From assembly GCF_009914755.1 (NCBI RefSeq), contig NC_060926.1: DNA of 64,000 nt. One strand, written 5' to 3'. A program made the position numbers and the translations under genes. Positions 51,545 through 64,000 of the stretch are shown here, one piece after another. Below the pieces are notes generated by a model. The model saw nothing but the letters and a program-made list of their open reading frames with translations. It was not told where the DNA came from and did not search any database. Origin of the DNA: the human T2T-CHM13v2.0 reference genome, Homo sapiens. How positions within the stretch are numbered: the stretch's first letter is position 1; each line of letters starts with the position of its first letter.

Positions 51545-51732
51545 CAGTAAGTCCTCTCTTAACGTCCATAGGTTCTTGAAAATTGTGACTTTAAGCAAAA
51601 TGACACATAATGAAACCATTTTTTTCTCATCAGTGTTATAATGAAACAATATTATTTAAGTACCTACTTTTGTTTCACTTAAAGTCACAGTTTCCAACAA
51701 CCTATTGATGATAGTTAAGTAAGGACATACTG
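51545..51732. mobile_element. Tigger-family MITE (MER6-like) with long terminal inverted repeats
   Basis: TA-CAGTAAGTCCT...AGGACATACTG-TA. Inner TGTGACTTTAAG / CTTAAAGTCACA are inverted. Confidence 0.85.
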
Positions 51733-52025
51733 TACATTGAGGGGAATATAAAGACTTATAAGACTTAGTGTCTGCCCTTGAGAAAATATATTCTTAGGAG
51801 AGAGAACATGTGTACAAATAGTTACATAAAATACGACAAGAGCCATTTCAAAGGAATAAACAAAGTGATCTGAGATTTCTAAAGAAGGGGAGACTTATCT
51901 AGAGTTGATCAAGGAAGGCTTCATGGAACACGTGGCATTTGACATGCGGCCTTTATTGCTTATTACACAGGCAAAAACTGGAGAAAAGATAATTTAAGAT
52001 GGTCATTGTTAATTGGTTGCCTTTA

Positions 52026-52212
<187 letters not shown>

Positions 52213-52313
52213 GAAATCTTCAGCTCAAAGGTGGGAGGAGGTGTGATGGAAACGAAAATGGGATTGGGGTTGATTCTTTGTGTTTTGATTTTACTCTCTG
52301 AATTACTTTTTAG

Positions 52314-52381
52314 ATGGAATTACTCTGATCACCAAAGAGGAAGCCTCTGGAAGTTCTGTCACAGCTGAGGAAGCCAAAAAG
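52314..52381 (+). CDS. XRCC5: XRCC5 exon 19 (68 nt), (D)[22 protein letters not shown]
   Basis: ctttttag|ATGGA ... AAAAAG|gtattg. Confidence 0.98.
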
Positions 52382-52731
52382 GTATTGAGGGGTAAACCTT
52401 TGTCTTTAGTTGAATTATTATAGTGGACTTTATTTTCTTGATACCCTCGAAGAAGTTAAATTTTATGGGTAACTAAATTAGTGTACTCATTTTGTATTCA
52501 ATATGTAAATTGCTTCAACCACAGCATCCCCATGGGAGAAATTATAATCTTACTCAGTTTCCTGTAGGCTGTGGTTATATTTCTGGAACTCACCTGTAAT
52601 CCCAGCTTCAGTACCCCTAGAGCATGCTGTTGAACTCCATAGTGCGCAAACTTAGCCTCGGCCCTGGTAAAGGCTATGAAATCCACAGTGATTCCCACCC
52701 TGGCCACACATTAGTTACTTGGTGAGCTTGT

Positions 52732-52851
52732 TTTTCTTTTTTTTCTTTTCTTTTCTTTTCTTTTCTTTTCTTTTCTTTTCTTTTCTTTTCTTTTCTTTTC
52801 TTTTCTCTTTCTTTTCTCTCTCTCTCTGTTTCTTTCTTTCTTTTTTTTTTT
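52732..52851. repeat. (TTTTC)n / polypyrimidine tract, apparently inside a MER5-like hAT relic (52686-52985)
   Basis: Repeat read directly. The MER5-like flanks are recognised with lower confidence. Confidence 0.9.
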
Positions 52852-53864
52852 TGTTAATACTGATTAAAAATCAGAATTACCCTAGAGATTCTGTTAGTCT
52901 GAGATGGGTCCTGGGCACAGTTGGTTTGTTTGCATTTTAAAACCCCTCAGGTGATTGTATTGTATAGTGAATAGAGAAACACTAGTATTCTAGCATAAGG
53001 GACATCCAAGTATTTTCAGTAAAAGACCCCATGCAGTCCCCATGAGCTTCTTATTCACACACATTGTTAGGCCTAGGCCTCCTTGTTTGGTGTGTATTGA
53101 ATCTGATTCAGCCATGAGTCAGATACATGTGGTTATTTAGTTCAGTAGTCCTTCATTGTACCTCAAGGTTGTGATGAAATTTTAATGAATTAAGTTGAAT
53201 AGCTCAAAAGTATATACTTCGTAACACTCAGTTTCAGTTACAGTCACTGACTGATGTAGTTCTGCTGGCACCTGACAGCTCTCAGTTACTAAGCTTCTGC
53301 GATATGCTAGGCACTGTGCTGGATGATAAGACAGCACCCCTGCCCTCTAGAAGCTCGGGCAGTTAAAATGGAGCAGAGGGAAGCAACGGAGACTCAGAAA
53401 ATAACTATACACACTAAGGGAGAGCTTGGTCTGGGGCTGGTGAATAGGAATCTGTTAGGGAAGTGACAGATGCAAAGCTGGAAATGTTAATCAGATGGCT
53501 AAATTCAGGCCAAAATTTAAATATCTTCAATTTTCAACTCAAGAAAGGCATTTGGCAGAAACCATGTTTGGAAAAGAAATTAAAATTTACAAGAATTTTT
53601 ATTAAGCACTTTGCCTAGCAAAAGATTTTTGTTAAAAAAAAAAAAAAAACTTGTCATCCCTACTTTCAGGGAGTAGAATCCTGGAATTTTTGAAGCATAC
53701 TGTAAGATGGTGATTATATCTCAGAAGGGGTTCCGTGGTGTCTGTACCCTCTCTGCCACAGGCAATACTGAGCACCATAGGCTTGAGTATGCCATTTAAC
53801 TGTTTGGTTTTGTTTCTATTTGTCACTTTATACAATGTTTGATAATATCTCCTCATTGAACTGG

Positions 53865-54303
53865 GCTATTTCAGTCAAGGTTCTCCAGAGAAACAGAACC
53901 AAGAGAACGTACATGTGTGCGTGTGTCTGTGTGTGTGTATGCACATACACACACACATATATATATAGAGAGAGATTTATTGGCTGAATTTCAGAAATTG
54001 GCTTGTGTGATTGTAGGGCTTGGCAAGTCTGAAATTTGTAGGACAGGCTAGCAGGCTGGAAACTCAGGCAGGATTTCTGTGTTACAGTCCTGAAGCAGAA
54101 ACCTCAGCTTTTGCTCTTAAGGTCTTCACTTGATTGGATGAGATCTACGAATATTACTAAGATTAATCTTTACTTAAAATCAGGTAATTTTAGATGTTAA
54201 TCACATCTACAAAATACCCTCACAGCAACATCTAGAGTAGTGTTTGATGGAACAACTGGGGACCATAGCCCAGCCAAGTTGACACATAATATTCATTGTC
54301 ACA
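53865..54303 (-). mobile_element. MLT2 (ERVL) LTR with internal TG/CA/TA/GA microsatellite
   Basis: GGTTCTCCAGAGAAACAGAACCAA ... AGCCAAGTTGACACATAA. Confidence 0.8.
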
Positions 54304-54747
54304 TGGTGTGAAGACCTATCAATCAATTTTTGTTAAACAAGTAAATCAGGAAAAATATTTTTTGTCATTATTACATTAAGAAAATTTATTATCCAGGTGA
54401 CAGTACATACTGGAGTTTTTGGAAGAAGTGAGGAGCCATGACCTAAAAAAGCTTGTGTTTCCTGCCAGCAGCACATCTTAACCAAAGATGTTCCAGCTAA
54501 GTTAACCCAGAATATTAGACAGGAAAGAAATCTGAAAACAGATGATGCACTTGCAAATTGTGCAAGGCTTGTTCTGTAATGCAAATAGGATGTCTTCTTT
54601 GAAATGTAAAGGCACTGAGCCTAAGCATGAGGAATTTTAATGTCTAATGATGAAGCTATAGAGAGAAATTTCAGTTAATGACCAGGTAGGTATAAGATGG
54701 TGTCCTTAGATAATTCTGATATCAGAACTGATGTTAATTGTAGTTTA

Positions 54748-54900
<153 letters not shown>

Positions 54901-55803
54901 TCACCATCTTTGAATAGAGAGAACATCATAAAAAACAAGTGGAGAGAATCTCTTCTACTTCAGCCACGGGTTGCCTGGCTCTGACTGGCATCTTCTTCCT
55001 TTTAGAGCATAGTGTTTCCATAGTCAAGGCACAGAGAGTGTGCTTCCAGTACTACCAGCAAAACTGAACTTCACTGTCATGGCAGATAAGAAGTTAGGAA
55101 ATTCAACATAAAATGTATTGAGTACCACCAGCTCTATGCCAGGCACTTTGATATATATTATCTCATAGCCTCCAAAAAAAGTACATTGCACATTCACCTA
55201 GCAGACTCTTTCACATCTAGAAAATGCCATTTCCTTTTTTTCCCCACATTTATCAGTGCTTTAGCCAATGTAGTATGTATACCAGATATTTAGATAACAC
55301 TTTGACTGCTAAAGAACCATTCACATTGTATGGTGTTTGTCTACAACACTATATACATCATATCTAGATAATGGTAGAAAATAAGAGTAGTAGAATTTTA
55401 CTTGTATCCAACTCCCGAACCAAAGAGCCCAGTATTATCTCTGTAATCTTCACAATGATCTGCTAAGAATTGGCAAGAGCAGGAACTACCATCCCTGTTA
55501 CCACTGGGAAGCCAATCCCCAGAAAGGTAAAGTGGGGTTACACTTTGAGCTCACCGAGGTAGCAAGAGGATTAAAATGCACGTTCCTTTGCACCACACCA
55601 GACCTTCGTTTTCAAGTGGATTAAGTTTTGTGAATGGAATCTTGGACCAATCATTTCTAAAATACAGTACTCCCTGTCTGCTTCATCTCAACAAATGACT
55701 TTCTGGCCTAGAGCCAGGTGGTGGTTAGAATAACCTGGAAAGTCATAGAGTAGACCCTGTAATTTTGACTCACCTTCAGTGTACGCTGTGTTATATCTGT
55801 CAG

Positions 55804-55841
55804 TTCTCATTAGTATAGTGGTGAGTACCCCCACCTGTCAC
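55804..55841 (+). pseudogene. 5'-half tRNA-Asp(GTC) fragment (non-functional)
   Basis: TTCTCATTAGTATAGTGGTGAGTACCCCCACCTGTCAC matches tRNA-Asp TCCTCGTTAGTATAGTGGTGAGTATCCCCGCCTGTCAC at 34/38 positions. It stops 2 nt after the anticodon. Confidence 0.85.
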
Positions 55842-55949
55842 TGTATCATGCCTGACTGTGAGATTATGCTTTTGTGTCTGCTTTAATATCACATGAACCC
55901 TTTATTTTGTTTTCCAGAGTGAAAACTTGATCCTTTGTATGAAAAATGC

Positions 55950-56273
<324 letters not shown>

Positions 56274-57220
56274 TGAAAATGCTTTTAAATGGCATCTGTT
56301 GATTTTTGGAGAGAAGTGTAGAAGGGAGAGTGTACATGTAAATGATAATGGGGAGAATTGCAGAGGAAGATTCTGGCTCAAGGAAGCTGATTTCTTTTGG
56401 TTTTAATAGAAGAGACATGCTTTAGCTATTTCTCTTAGCCAAGTGAGAGAAGTATTATCACTTTTGACCATGCACTGAAATATTCATTTATATTGCCTTC
56501 AAATGTTCAATTTGGTCACTTCCCAAATAATCATTTAAGGAAACTTGACTATAATCACTGAGGTTAAAGAACAATCCTCACAGTCTATTTAAATTCTTTT
56601 GAGGTGTTTCCCATAAGTTATTTAAAGTTAGCAAGCTGTCAAATTCTTGCTATTAAATGTTGACATTTGAAAGGAAATAATTATCCAGGGATGTTCATTT
56701 TAAATGAAAATTATAACTTTACATTTGTATAACATCTTAAGAGCTATTACCCTCCAGTTTTTCTAGAAATATGTGGATTGTATGATTCTTTGAGAAATAG
56801 AAGGAAGTCAGCTCTGCTACAGAAATAGAAAGTTTTTGCATGGCGTGAGTTTAGACAGTCACTTTCTTTTAAGTTTCCTGGTACCTCTCATTTCATTTTG
56901 AAACCTAGGCATAAATCATTCTTTAATGTTCATTTTTATTATCATTATAACCTGTCAGTTCTTCCACTTTTTCTGTTTCTAGTTTATATGATTAGATATG
57001 CCATTAGCATTTGATGTTTGGTAGAATCTTTGTATAGCCTTTGTGTGCTCTTCATCTATCAGTTCTCCTGGCTCTGTAGTGGGTGGAAGAGGTAAAGTGA
57101 TGTGTCTGAGAGCTCACAGTAAGTCACCGGCCAGGAATCTAGTTCTAGCACTGCCCTAGTCCTTCATTCTCCTTTAGTATTGAGAAAGCAGTGAAGAAAG
57201 AGGATTTATCCCCATGGCAT

Positions 57221-57256
<36 letters not shown>

Positions 57257-57943
57257 AGATTCCAAGAGGCTGAGCTATATCTAAATAATCATTTGATGTA
57301 AGCTCTGTGAAAAAAAAATCATTATTTTAGCACTTATTTTTCTTGTAACTGCCTAATTTATCCTTCTTTATTGTTGTTGACATTTATGGATTTTCCACCT
57401 TAGTATCACAGACATTCATAGATAGCAATTGGCCATTTTACCAATTGGTGTTGGCCATTTTACCAACACCCCTGTCTAGAGAGGTAAAGTTTTCTGTGCC
57501 TCACAGCAAGCTAGTGGCCAGCAGAATTGACTGGAATCCAGACCCCCAGATGCCCGCTGTAGTCGCCTTATCACCACACCATGGCACCAGCTCTTCACGC
57601 CTTCACCTTATAATGCCGCCAACCACATCTACCTAGAGAAAGGATGCTCATGCTCCCTTTTTCAAGAGTACATCTGGTTCTGTGTGTGAGAGTGCACAGG
57701 AATTCTCCAAAGCTTAGTGAAGGATTGAAGACAAAGGTTAAGAATCATTTCTTGAGAGCAGTTTTGTCAAACTGCTGGCCCCTGTTGGAACCTGTGACAT
57801 TTTTCTTTGCTTTTTTCTGCTTTCATTTTCTGCCTTAATTCTCTGGTGTAGTTTGCTAGTACAAGAAAAGTAATAATGAAAATATCACAGTGTTACCCAA
57901 TATTTATTTAAGGCTTGATACATTTAAGATATGATATTAAATT

Positions 57944-58380
57944 TTTTATTGAGGTAGAACATGTGTACAGTAAATGCACAGATCTTAACTGTGCAACTTG
58001 ATGAATTCTTACACATTCATGTACCTGGGTGCTCACCACCCAGATCAAAATAATAGAACATTTCCATCACCACATAAGCCTCCCTGGTACCTTCCTAGTC
58101 AGAAGCCCCCATCCCTTGAGGTAACCACTATTCTGACTTCTGTCACTTGAGAGTCATCTGGCCTGTTTTTGACCTTCATATAATTGGAATCATGCCTTTT
58201 TTTCATCAATTATGTGATTATAGCTATGTAGTAATCCCTTTTATGATTTTACCACAATTTATTCATCCATTCTCCTAATGATGGACATTTGCTTGTTTGT
58301 CCTTTGGCAGTTATGAATAAAGATGCTGTGGATATTCTTGTACATACCACTTGGTGGACATATGTTAAGTGTATTCCTAG
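57944..58380 (-). mobile_element. L1ME-type 3'-end fragment
   Basis: TTTATTGAGGTA...AGAACATTTCCATCACC...CATCCATTCTCCTAATGATGGACATTT. Confidence 0.75.
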
Positions 58381-60668
58381 GAATTAGAACATGAAACTTA
58401 CAATACCATAATGAATTTTTTCATACTTTAGTTTATCTGAGACTCAACAACCCCTAAGATAGGTATGGTAAGTAGTAGTATTCACATTTTGTTTTTGAGC
58501 GAAATTAGTTATGAAAAGGTCAGGTGGCTTGCGTAAGGTTCCTGAGAAACTGACAGGGTTATAGTTGTGTTCTCCACACTAGGCTGCAGGATTTCCCTCT
58601 TGCACCATGTTAGTGTTTATAGCATCCATTAAGCTACAAGTGGCATTAATGAAACCCAAATATATGTCATTTTAGGCAAAGTACATGCAAACTGACTTTT
58701 ATTCTTTTTGATGCTTTTTTACACATCTAGATTGTCAGTAATCCTTTGGAATCACCTGATGGTGTTGGAAACAACCCAGTGGAAGTCATGTGTTTTTACT
58801 TTGGGGGTCAGTAAGGGTCTGAGCACAAGATGATAGTCTTTTAGTCTTATGGTGGTATAGGACTGGCAGTTTCTATATAGAGGTTATTGATTTCATTACT
58901 CTGCTTGTGGCCAGGATTATATTTCAGTGTACTTGAAAAGTAGTAGGTTATCCATTTCATAAAGTTCTCCAGGTAAGGAGGCACTTTTATGGTAACCCCA
59001 GGTAAGTGATGGTGGTTTGAGGAAGAAGGAATATGTCACTCACACACATGCCCTTTCTATCTGTTCTCTACTTTCTCAGCATATTGCAGAGGGAAAGAAC
59101 ACATGAGAAAAGATGAGAATTGACTCCTACCCCTTTCTGCAGAAGAGATTCGGAGAATCTCTTGCTTTTATTGAGAAAGCAGGCCAGTCATTGAGTTCTC
59201 TGCTCTATCTTGCTTCCCTGTCACTGCATGGGCTAGAATTACTTGCAGTTACAAACATTAATGATGAGGAGTGATATGTGGAAGAGATCAGCCTTGCCTG
59301 GGGCATTGGGAAGGATAATGGATGGCAGCCCAGCTTTTAAACATAATTTGCTTACACAGAAATGTGAAGCAGATCTGTCAGGAAAATCAGTTGCAGACGA
59401 TACTTAGCACTTAATGAAAATGTAGGATTTTTGTTGCTGCTCATTTCTTCCTAGGAATTTGGCCTAGTCTCAGAGATGTGCCATTTGTGCTTAAGTATAT
59501 ATACCATGGTCATACTGTGCCAACAATAAGTCCTTATCTAAGGGGTCATACAAGATGTAGTGGACTACAGAACCATTAAGCCTATGGAGTTTTTCAGATG
59601 TTTGGAAGATACCAGTCATTTGTGGCCCTACAGAGATTTATGGCAGGATGCAGCTCTACTGTTTATTCTCTTGCCCCAACTGGATAAGTCTTATCCTGTA
59701 GCCATATAGTCCTGATATCACGAAAATCATGCAGGGGTTAATGACAATGAGTAGGAGAGGAGAGGTACAACATAAAAAGTATGATAATAACCCGGAAAAC
59801 CCCAAATAAAAACCCATTTGAGAATCTAGGATAGAGTAGTTTATTTAACCTTTACAGATAAATCATATGCTAGTAAATGTATAGATTTTTTAATCATTTA
59901 TCTGTATTTGGCTGTCAGATATCTTTATTCATAATCACCCAGAATAAACAGAATGAATGAAACAGAAGCTTCATCACAATTCTGTTACAGACTGTCTGCC
60001 TCCATTGCTGGGATTTCCTCTCTCTTATACCATTGATTCTCAGTCTTGCACATGGCCCAGTTTAGGGTCAACAAAGAGCTATGGAAAGATCCATAAATGT
60101 CCTTAAAAGAAGATAAATTCCTTATTCGCTCAGTCATAAAAGAAGTTAATGAATAGTGAGGTGGTCTTAACTGAGGGAAAAAAAGTCCAAGAGAGTGGTT
60201 GAGTCAACAAACAATTATGTCCATGGTGCTGACAAAGGCACTGCACCTTAAGGCAGACACAGCCTCCACTGTTATCACTTTGTTACCTGTGTGTGTTTTT
60301 GTATATGAGGACTAGAAGAACAGGCAGAGCTTTCTTGCTTCCTGAAACTTGCCACATGCAGCCTCATATTTCATGGTTGACTTTGGTTTGACTTTTTAAA
60401 GAGACATATTTTAGTTTATTTATAGGTCTTAGGTTTCAGAGGTCATGATTGTGTCCATTGTACCATAAAAGTAACAGGAATGTAGAGAATGGCAGCTCTT
60501 ACCATTTTTTCATGTTGAGAGTGAGGAAAGTATAATTATACTTTTTCCTCTTGGGTGGAAGCAACTACAGGAGAGCATAAGTGGGCTGGAAGGCTCTCTC
60601 ACCGCGTGCCTGCTCCATGCACTCTCAGCCTGAAGAATGCCAGAATGCCTCTAGGGGCCAGTCAGTTG

Positions 60669-60713
60669 TGGTACCATAACTGATTCTCTATTTACTGTTT
60701 CTGGCCCCCAAAG
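60669..60713 (+). repeat. Degenerate copy of the intron 19 / exon 20 junction (61715-61759)
   Basis: 40/45 nt identical with no gaps. The acceptor AG is replaced by TG. Confidence 0.9.
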
Positions 60714-61725
60714 GAAAAGTAGAAGTGCCCCACTTTCCACTGCCCTCTCTAAAACACTCACTCCTACAGGCAGGCATGCTACCAGAAAATCACCTTCTCG
60801 TGTTAGGATAGATAGGCATTGCTAGATAGATATGCATTGCTAGAACCCAGCTCTTAGAGGCAGCTGCCACATGCCTTGAAGGAAAAGGCTCCCCACTGCT
60901 ATCCCTTGGAGGGACAGGATGGAAAAAGAGTGTTCAGATAATTTTCAAGGGCACTCACCTCACTACCCTTTTAAAATCTGAGTGTCATTCCTAGATCCTC
61001 ACAGACTTCACTTCCTGGACTTTGCTGTATTACTATGTATCTGCCTTTCAGAAGCTCCAGATCTAGAACAGTGATGCTGAATGGTTTTCTCATCCATTTC
61101 TCATCTGCCTGTTTTCAAACAATTTCTAACACAAATTGAAAGATTTCCATAAAAGGAATCAAACAACCTTCCAAGCTCACTCATTTTTGCATTTCACGTT
61201 TCTTATGAGAAGTCCCCCTTTTACTGCTTTTGTCCACAGTGGAATTTAAGAGTAGATTATTCTAAGCTTTTTTTTTTTTTTTTTTTTCCTGATTCTTCAT
61301 CATTCAACTTGAGATTATTCTAATCTTGATTTGATTCTCATGCTCCTTTCAAAAGAGCATACTAGTTTGGGGTGGTTGGTTATTTTCTTAACCTTAGCAA
61401 GCCAGCTTATTTCCTATGGAAGCAGAACTGGAAACAGCAGATGTCCACCATGCTTATACAGGACACTACACACTGTCTCGACAAGCCATGTTCTTTCCTC
61501 CCTCTTCGTGAGCACTTTCTCTGGTGATGAGTTAGTATGGACTACTTGAACCTCAAAACTGGGCCTCTCACCCAAAGCCAAATGAAGTAGCGTATGCCAG
61601 GATGATGTTTCTTTTGGGCCGTTGGCAGTGAGACTGCTAAGCAGGCTGCCTTAGGTTTTGCTGTGGCAATGCTAGCAGATTGTTCCCTCTTTCAAAGGGG
61701 CAAAAATATCATTTTGGTATGATAA

Positions 61726-61854
<129 letters not shown>

Positions 61855-62609
61855 TGAAGTCACCTGAGCTGTAAATACAGCCACAAAGGCTGATTATCTT
61901 ACACTTGTTGCTTATTTGTGTTTTAATTTCCAATACACCAGAAGCTTCCTACACCATTATATATTGCCATTATAAATTCAATCAGATAGGTAATTTCATA
62001 ATAGAAATTCCTGTGTTTCATGGTGTCGGCTATATTGTTCATTCAGATTAATCCTCTCCCTTGAAGGGCTGAAAAAGAGCTAGGGAGGCTATTCCATTAG
62101 TAGCAAAATGTTGTAATTCACTGAAATTGCTGTTAACCAAAAATAAGTAATACAACATGCAGTTTGTGTGGGTTGACAAATGAAACAGCCCTTAAAAGGG
62201 CTACTTCTTAAATGTTCTCAATTAACTTAATGTAAACAAAATAGACCGATAGGCATTTGAGGATTTCTGGACCCCATTACACCATGTTGTTGATGTCTGG
62301 GAAGCTGTGTAGTAAATGTCTTTTGTATCTATCCTTAATGTTTGGAAACTTCCCGCCTTTAAGCTTCATATGACAACTGACCAACAAACACTACGTACTA
62401 TGATGTCAATCTTTTTTAGAGACATTCTCATTACTAAAATGAGTGGATACTTGAATGTTTAACTCCTAAAATAATGAGCGGTGAATAAATGAGCAAGTAC
62501 ATGCATGCCTTCCAATGTAGAGTCATTTTCATTAAACCCTCTCTCACCAGAGAAGCAGTGGTATGAAATTGGCCTGATTCCTTTCTAAGTGTGTTGTTCT
62601 TGTTCACAG

Positions 62610-62624
62610 TTGGACATGATATAG
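62610..62624 (+). CDS. XRCC5: XRCC5 exon 21 coding part, LDMI-stop (end of the DNA-PKcs-binding tail)
   Basis: gttcacag|TTG GAC ATG ATA TAG. Completes the Ku80 C-terminus ...[13 protein letters not shown]. Confidence 0.97.
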   Translation: MDMI

Positions 62625-63703
62625 GTCGTGGATGTATGGGGAATCTAAGAGAGCTGCCATCGCTGTGATGCTGGGAGTTCTAACAAAACAAGTTGGATGC
62701 GGCCATTCAAGGGGAGCCAAAATCTCAAGAAATTCCCAGCAGGTTACCTGGAGGCGGATCATCTAATTCTCTGTGGAATGAATACACACATATATATTAC
62801 AAGGGATAATTTAGACCCCATACAAGTTTATAAAGAGTCATTGTTATTTTCTGGTTGGTGTATTATTTTTTCTGTGGTCTTACTGATCTTTGTATATTAC
62901 ATACATGCTTTGAAGTTTCTGGAAAGTAGATCTTTTCTTGACCTAGTATATCAGTGACAGTTGCAGCCCTTGTGATGTGATTAGTGTCTCATGTGGAACC
63001 ATGGCATGGTTATTGATGAGTTTCTTAACCCTTTCCAGAGTCCTCCTTTGCCTGATCCTCCAACAGCTGTCACAACTTGTGTTGAGCAAGCAGTAGCATT
63101 TGCTTCCTCCCAACAAGCAGCTGGGTTAGGAAAACCATGGGTAAGGACGGACTCACTTCTCTTTTTAGTTGAGGCCTTCTAGTTACCACATTACTCTGCC
63201 TCTGTATATAGGTGGTTTTCTTTAAGTGGGGTGGGAAGGGGAGCACAATTTCCCTTCATACTCCTTTTAAGCAGTGAGTTATGGTGGTGGTCTCATGAAG
63301 AAAAGACCTTTTGGCCCAATCTCTGCCATATCAGTGAACCTTTAGAAACTCAAAAACTGAGAAATTTACTACAGTAGTTAGAATTATATCACTTCACTGT
63401 TCTCTACTTGCAAGCCTCAAAGAGAGAAAGTTTCGTTATATTAAAACACTTAGGTAACTTTTCGATCTTTCCCATTTCTACCTAAGTCAGCTTTCATCTT
63501 TGTGGATGGTGTCTCCTTTACTAAATAAGAAAATAACAAAGCCCTTATTCTCTTTTTTTCTTGTCCTCATTCTTGCCTTGAGTTCCAGTTCCTCTTTGGT
63601 GTACAGACTTCTTGGTACCCAGTCACCTCTGTCTTCAGCACCCTCATAAGTCGTCACTAATACACAGTTTTGTACATGTAACATTAAAGGCATAAATGAC
63701 TCA
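62625..63703 (+). other. XRCC5: XRCC5 3' UTR (3' end approximate)
   Basis: Repeat-free sequence running from the stop codon to ~15 nt past the ATTAAA at 63683. Confidence 0.85.
63671..63688 (+). terminator. Polyadenylation signal ATTAAA (63683-63688) with two upstream TGTA (CFIm-type) elements
   Basis: TGTACATGTAAC-ATTAAA. A second ATTAAA at 63440-63445 may be a proximal site. Confidence 0.75.
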
Positions 63704-64000
63704 TCTCTCTGTGAATTGCTGCTAATTATTGTCTGCAAAAGACTTCTTCAGTGCTCTGCTGAGAATTGAACACCCTTATCCATTGATTGAAAATGGATCT
63801 GCAAGATAGAACATCATTCATTTAGCTGAGGAGAGAAAGGAGTGCTTTACTTTGGGCTTCTAGGACATCCTCTCAATACTATACACACTTGCATCAAACT
63901 TGACATACAGGTGCTCATTTAAAGTAACCCCAACAGAGGATGACATATAGTTTCTGGTTAGATAGTTAAAGCCCAGGGGTTGTTTGTGACTTGGACAAAA

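Noticed and set aside
60807-60842. 18-bp tandem duplication GATAGATA(G/T)GCATTGCTA
   Set aside because: Ordinary slippage duplication.

Overview
Human genomic DNA covering the 3' part of XRCC5 (Ku80) on the + strand. It holds coding exons 14-21 (residues C493-I732; every exon has AG/GT boundaries and the phases chain correctly) and the ~1.1-kb 3' UTR. The introns contain two antisense processed pseudogenes, each with a target-site duplication (TSD). One is an HNRNPA3 retrocopy nested in an old L1. The other is a POLH (DNA polymerase eta) retrocopy that appears to derive from a truncated transcript, with spliced exons 1-4 reading on into intron 4. There is also a 5'-half tRNA-Asp insertion, about 20 Alus, MaLR/ERV LTRs, DNA transposons, L1/L2/MIR relics and microsatellites. 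A recurring set of local template-copy scars stands out: a ~275-bp templated insertion into an LTR, a disabled copy of the exon 20 splice acceptor, an isolated exact 22-mer repeat, and several fold-back hairpin mutations inside Alus. Gene and repeat names come from recognising the sequence by eye and from memory, not from database searches. Repeat boundaries are approximate.
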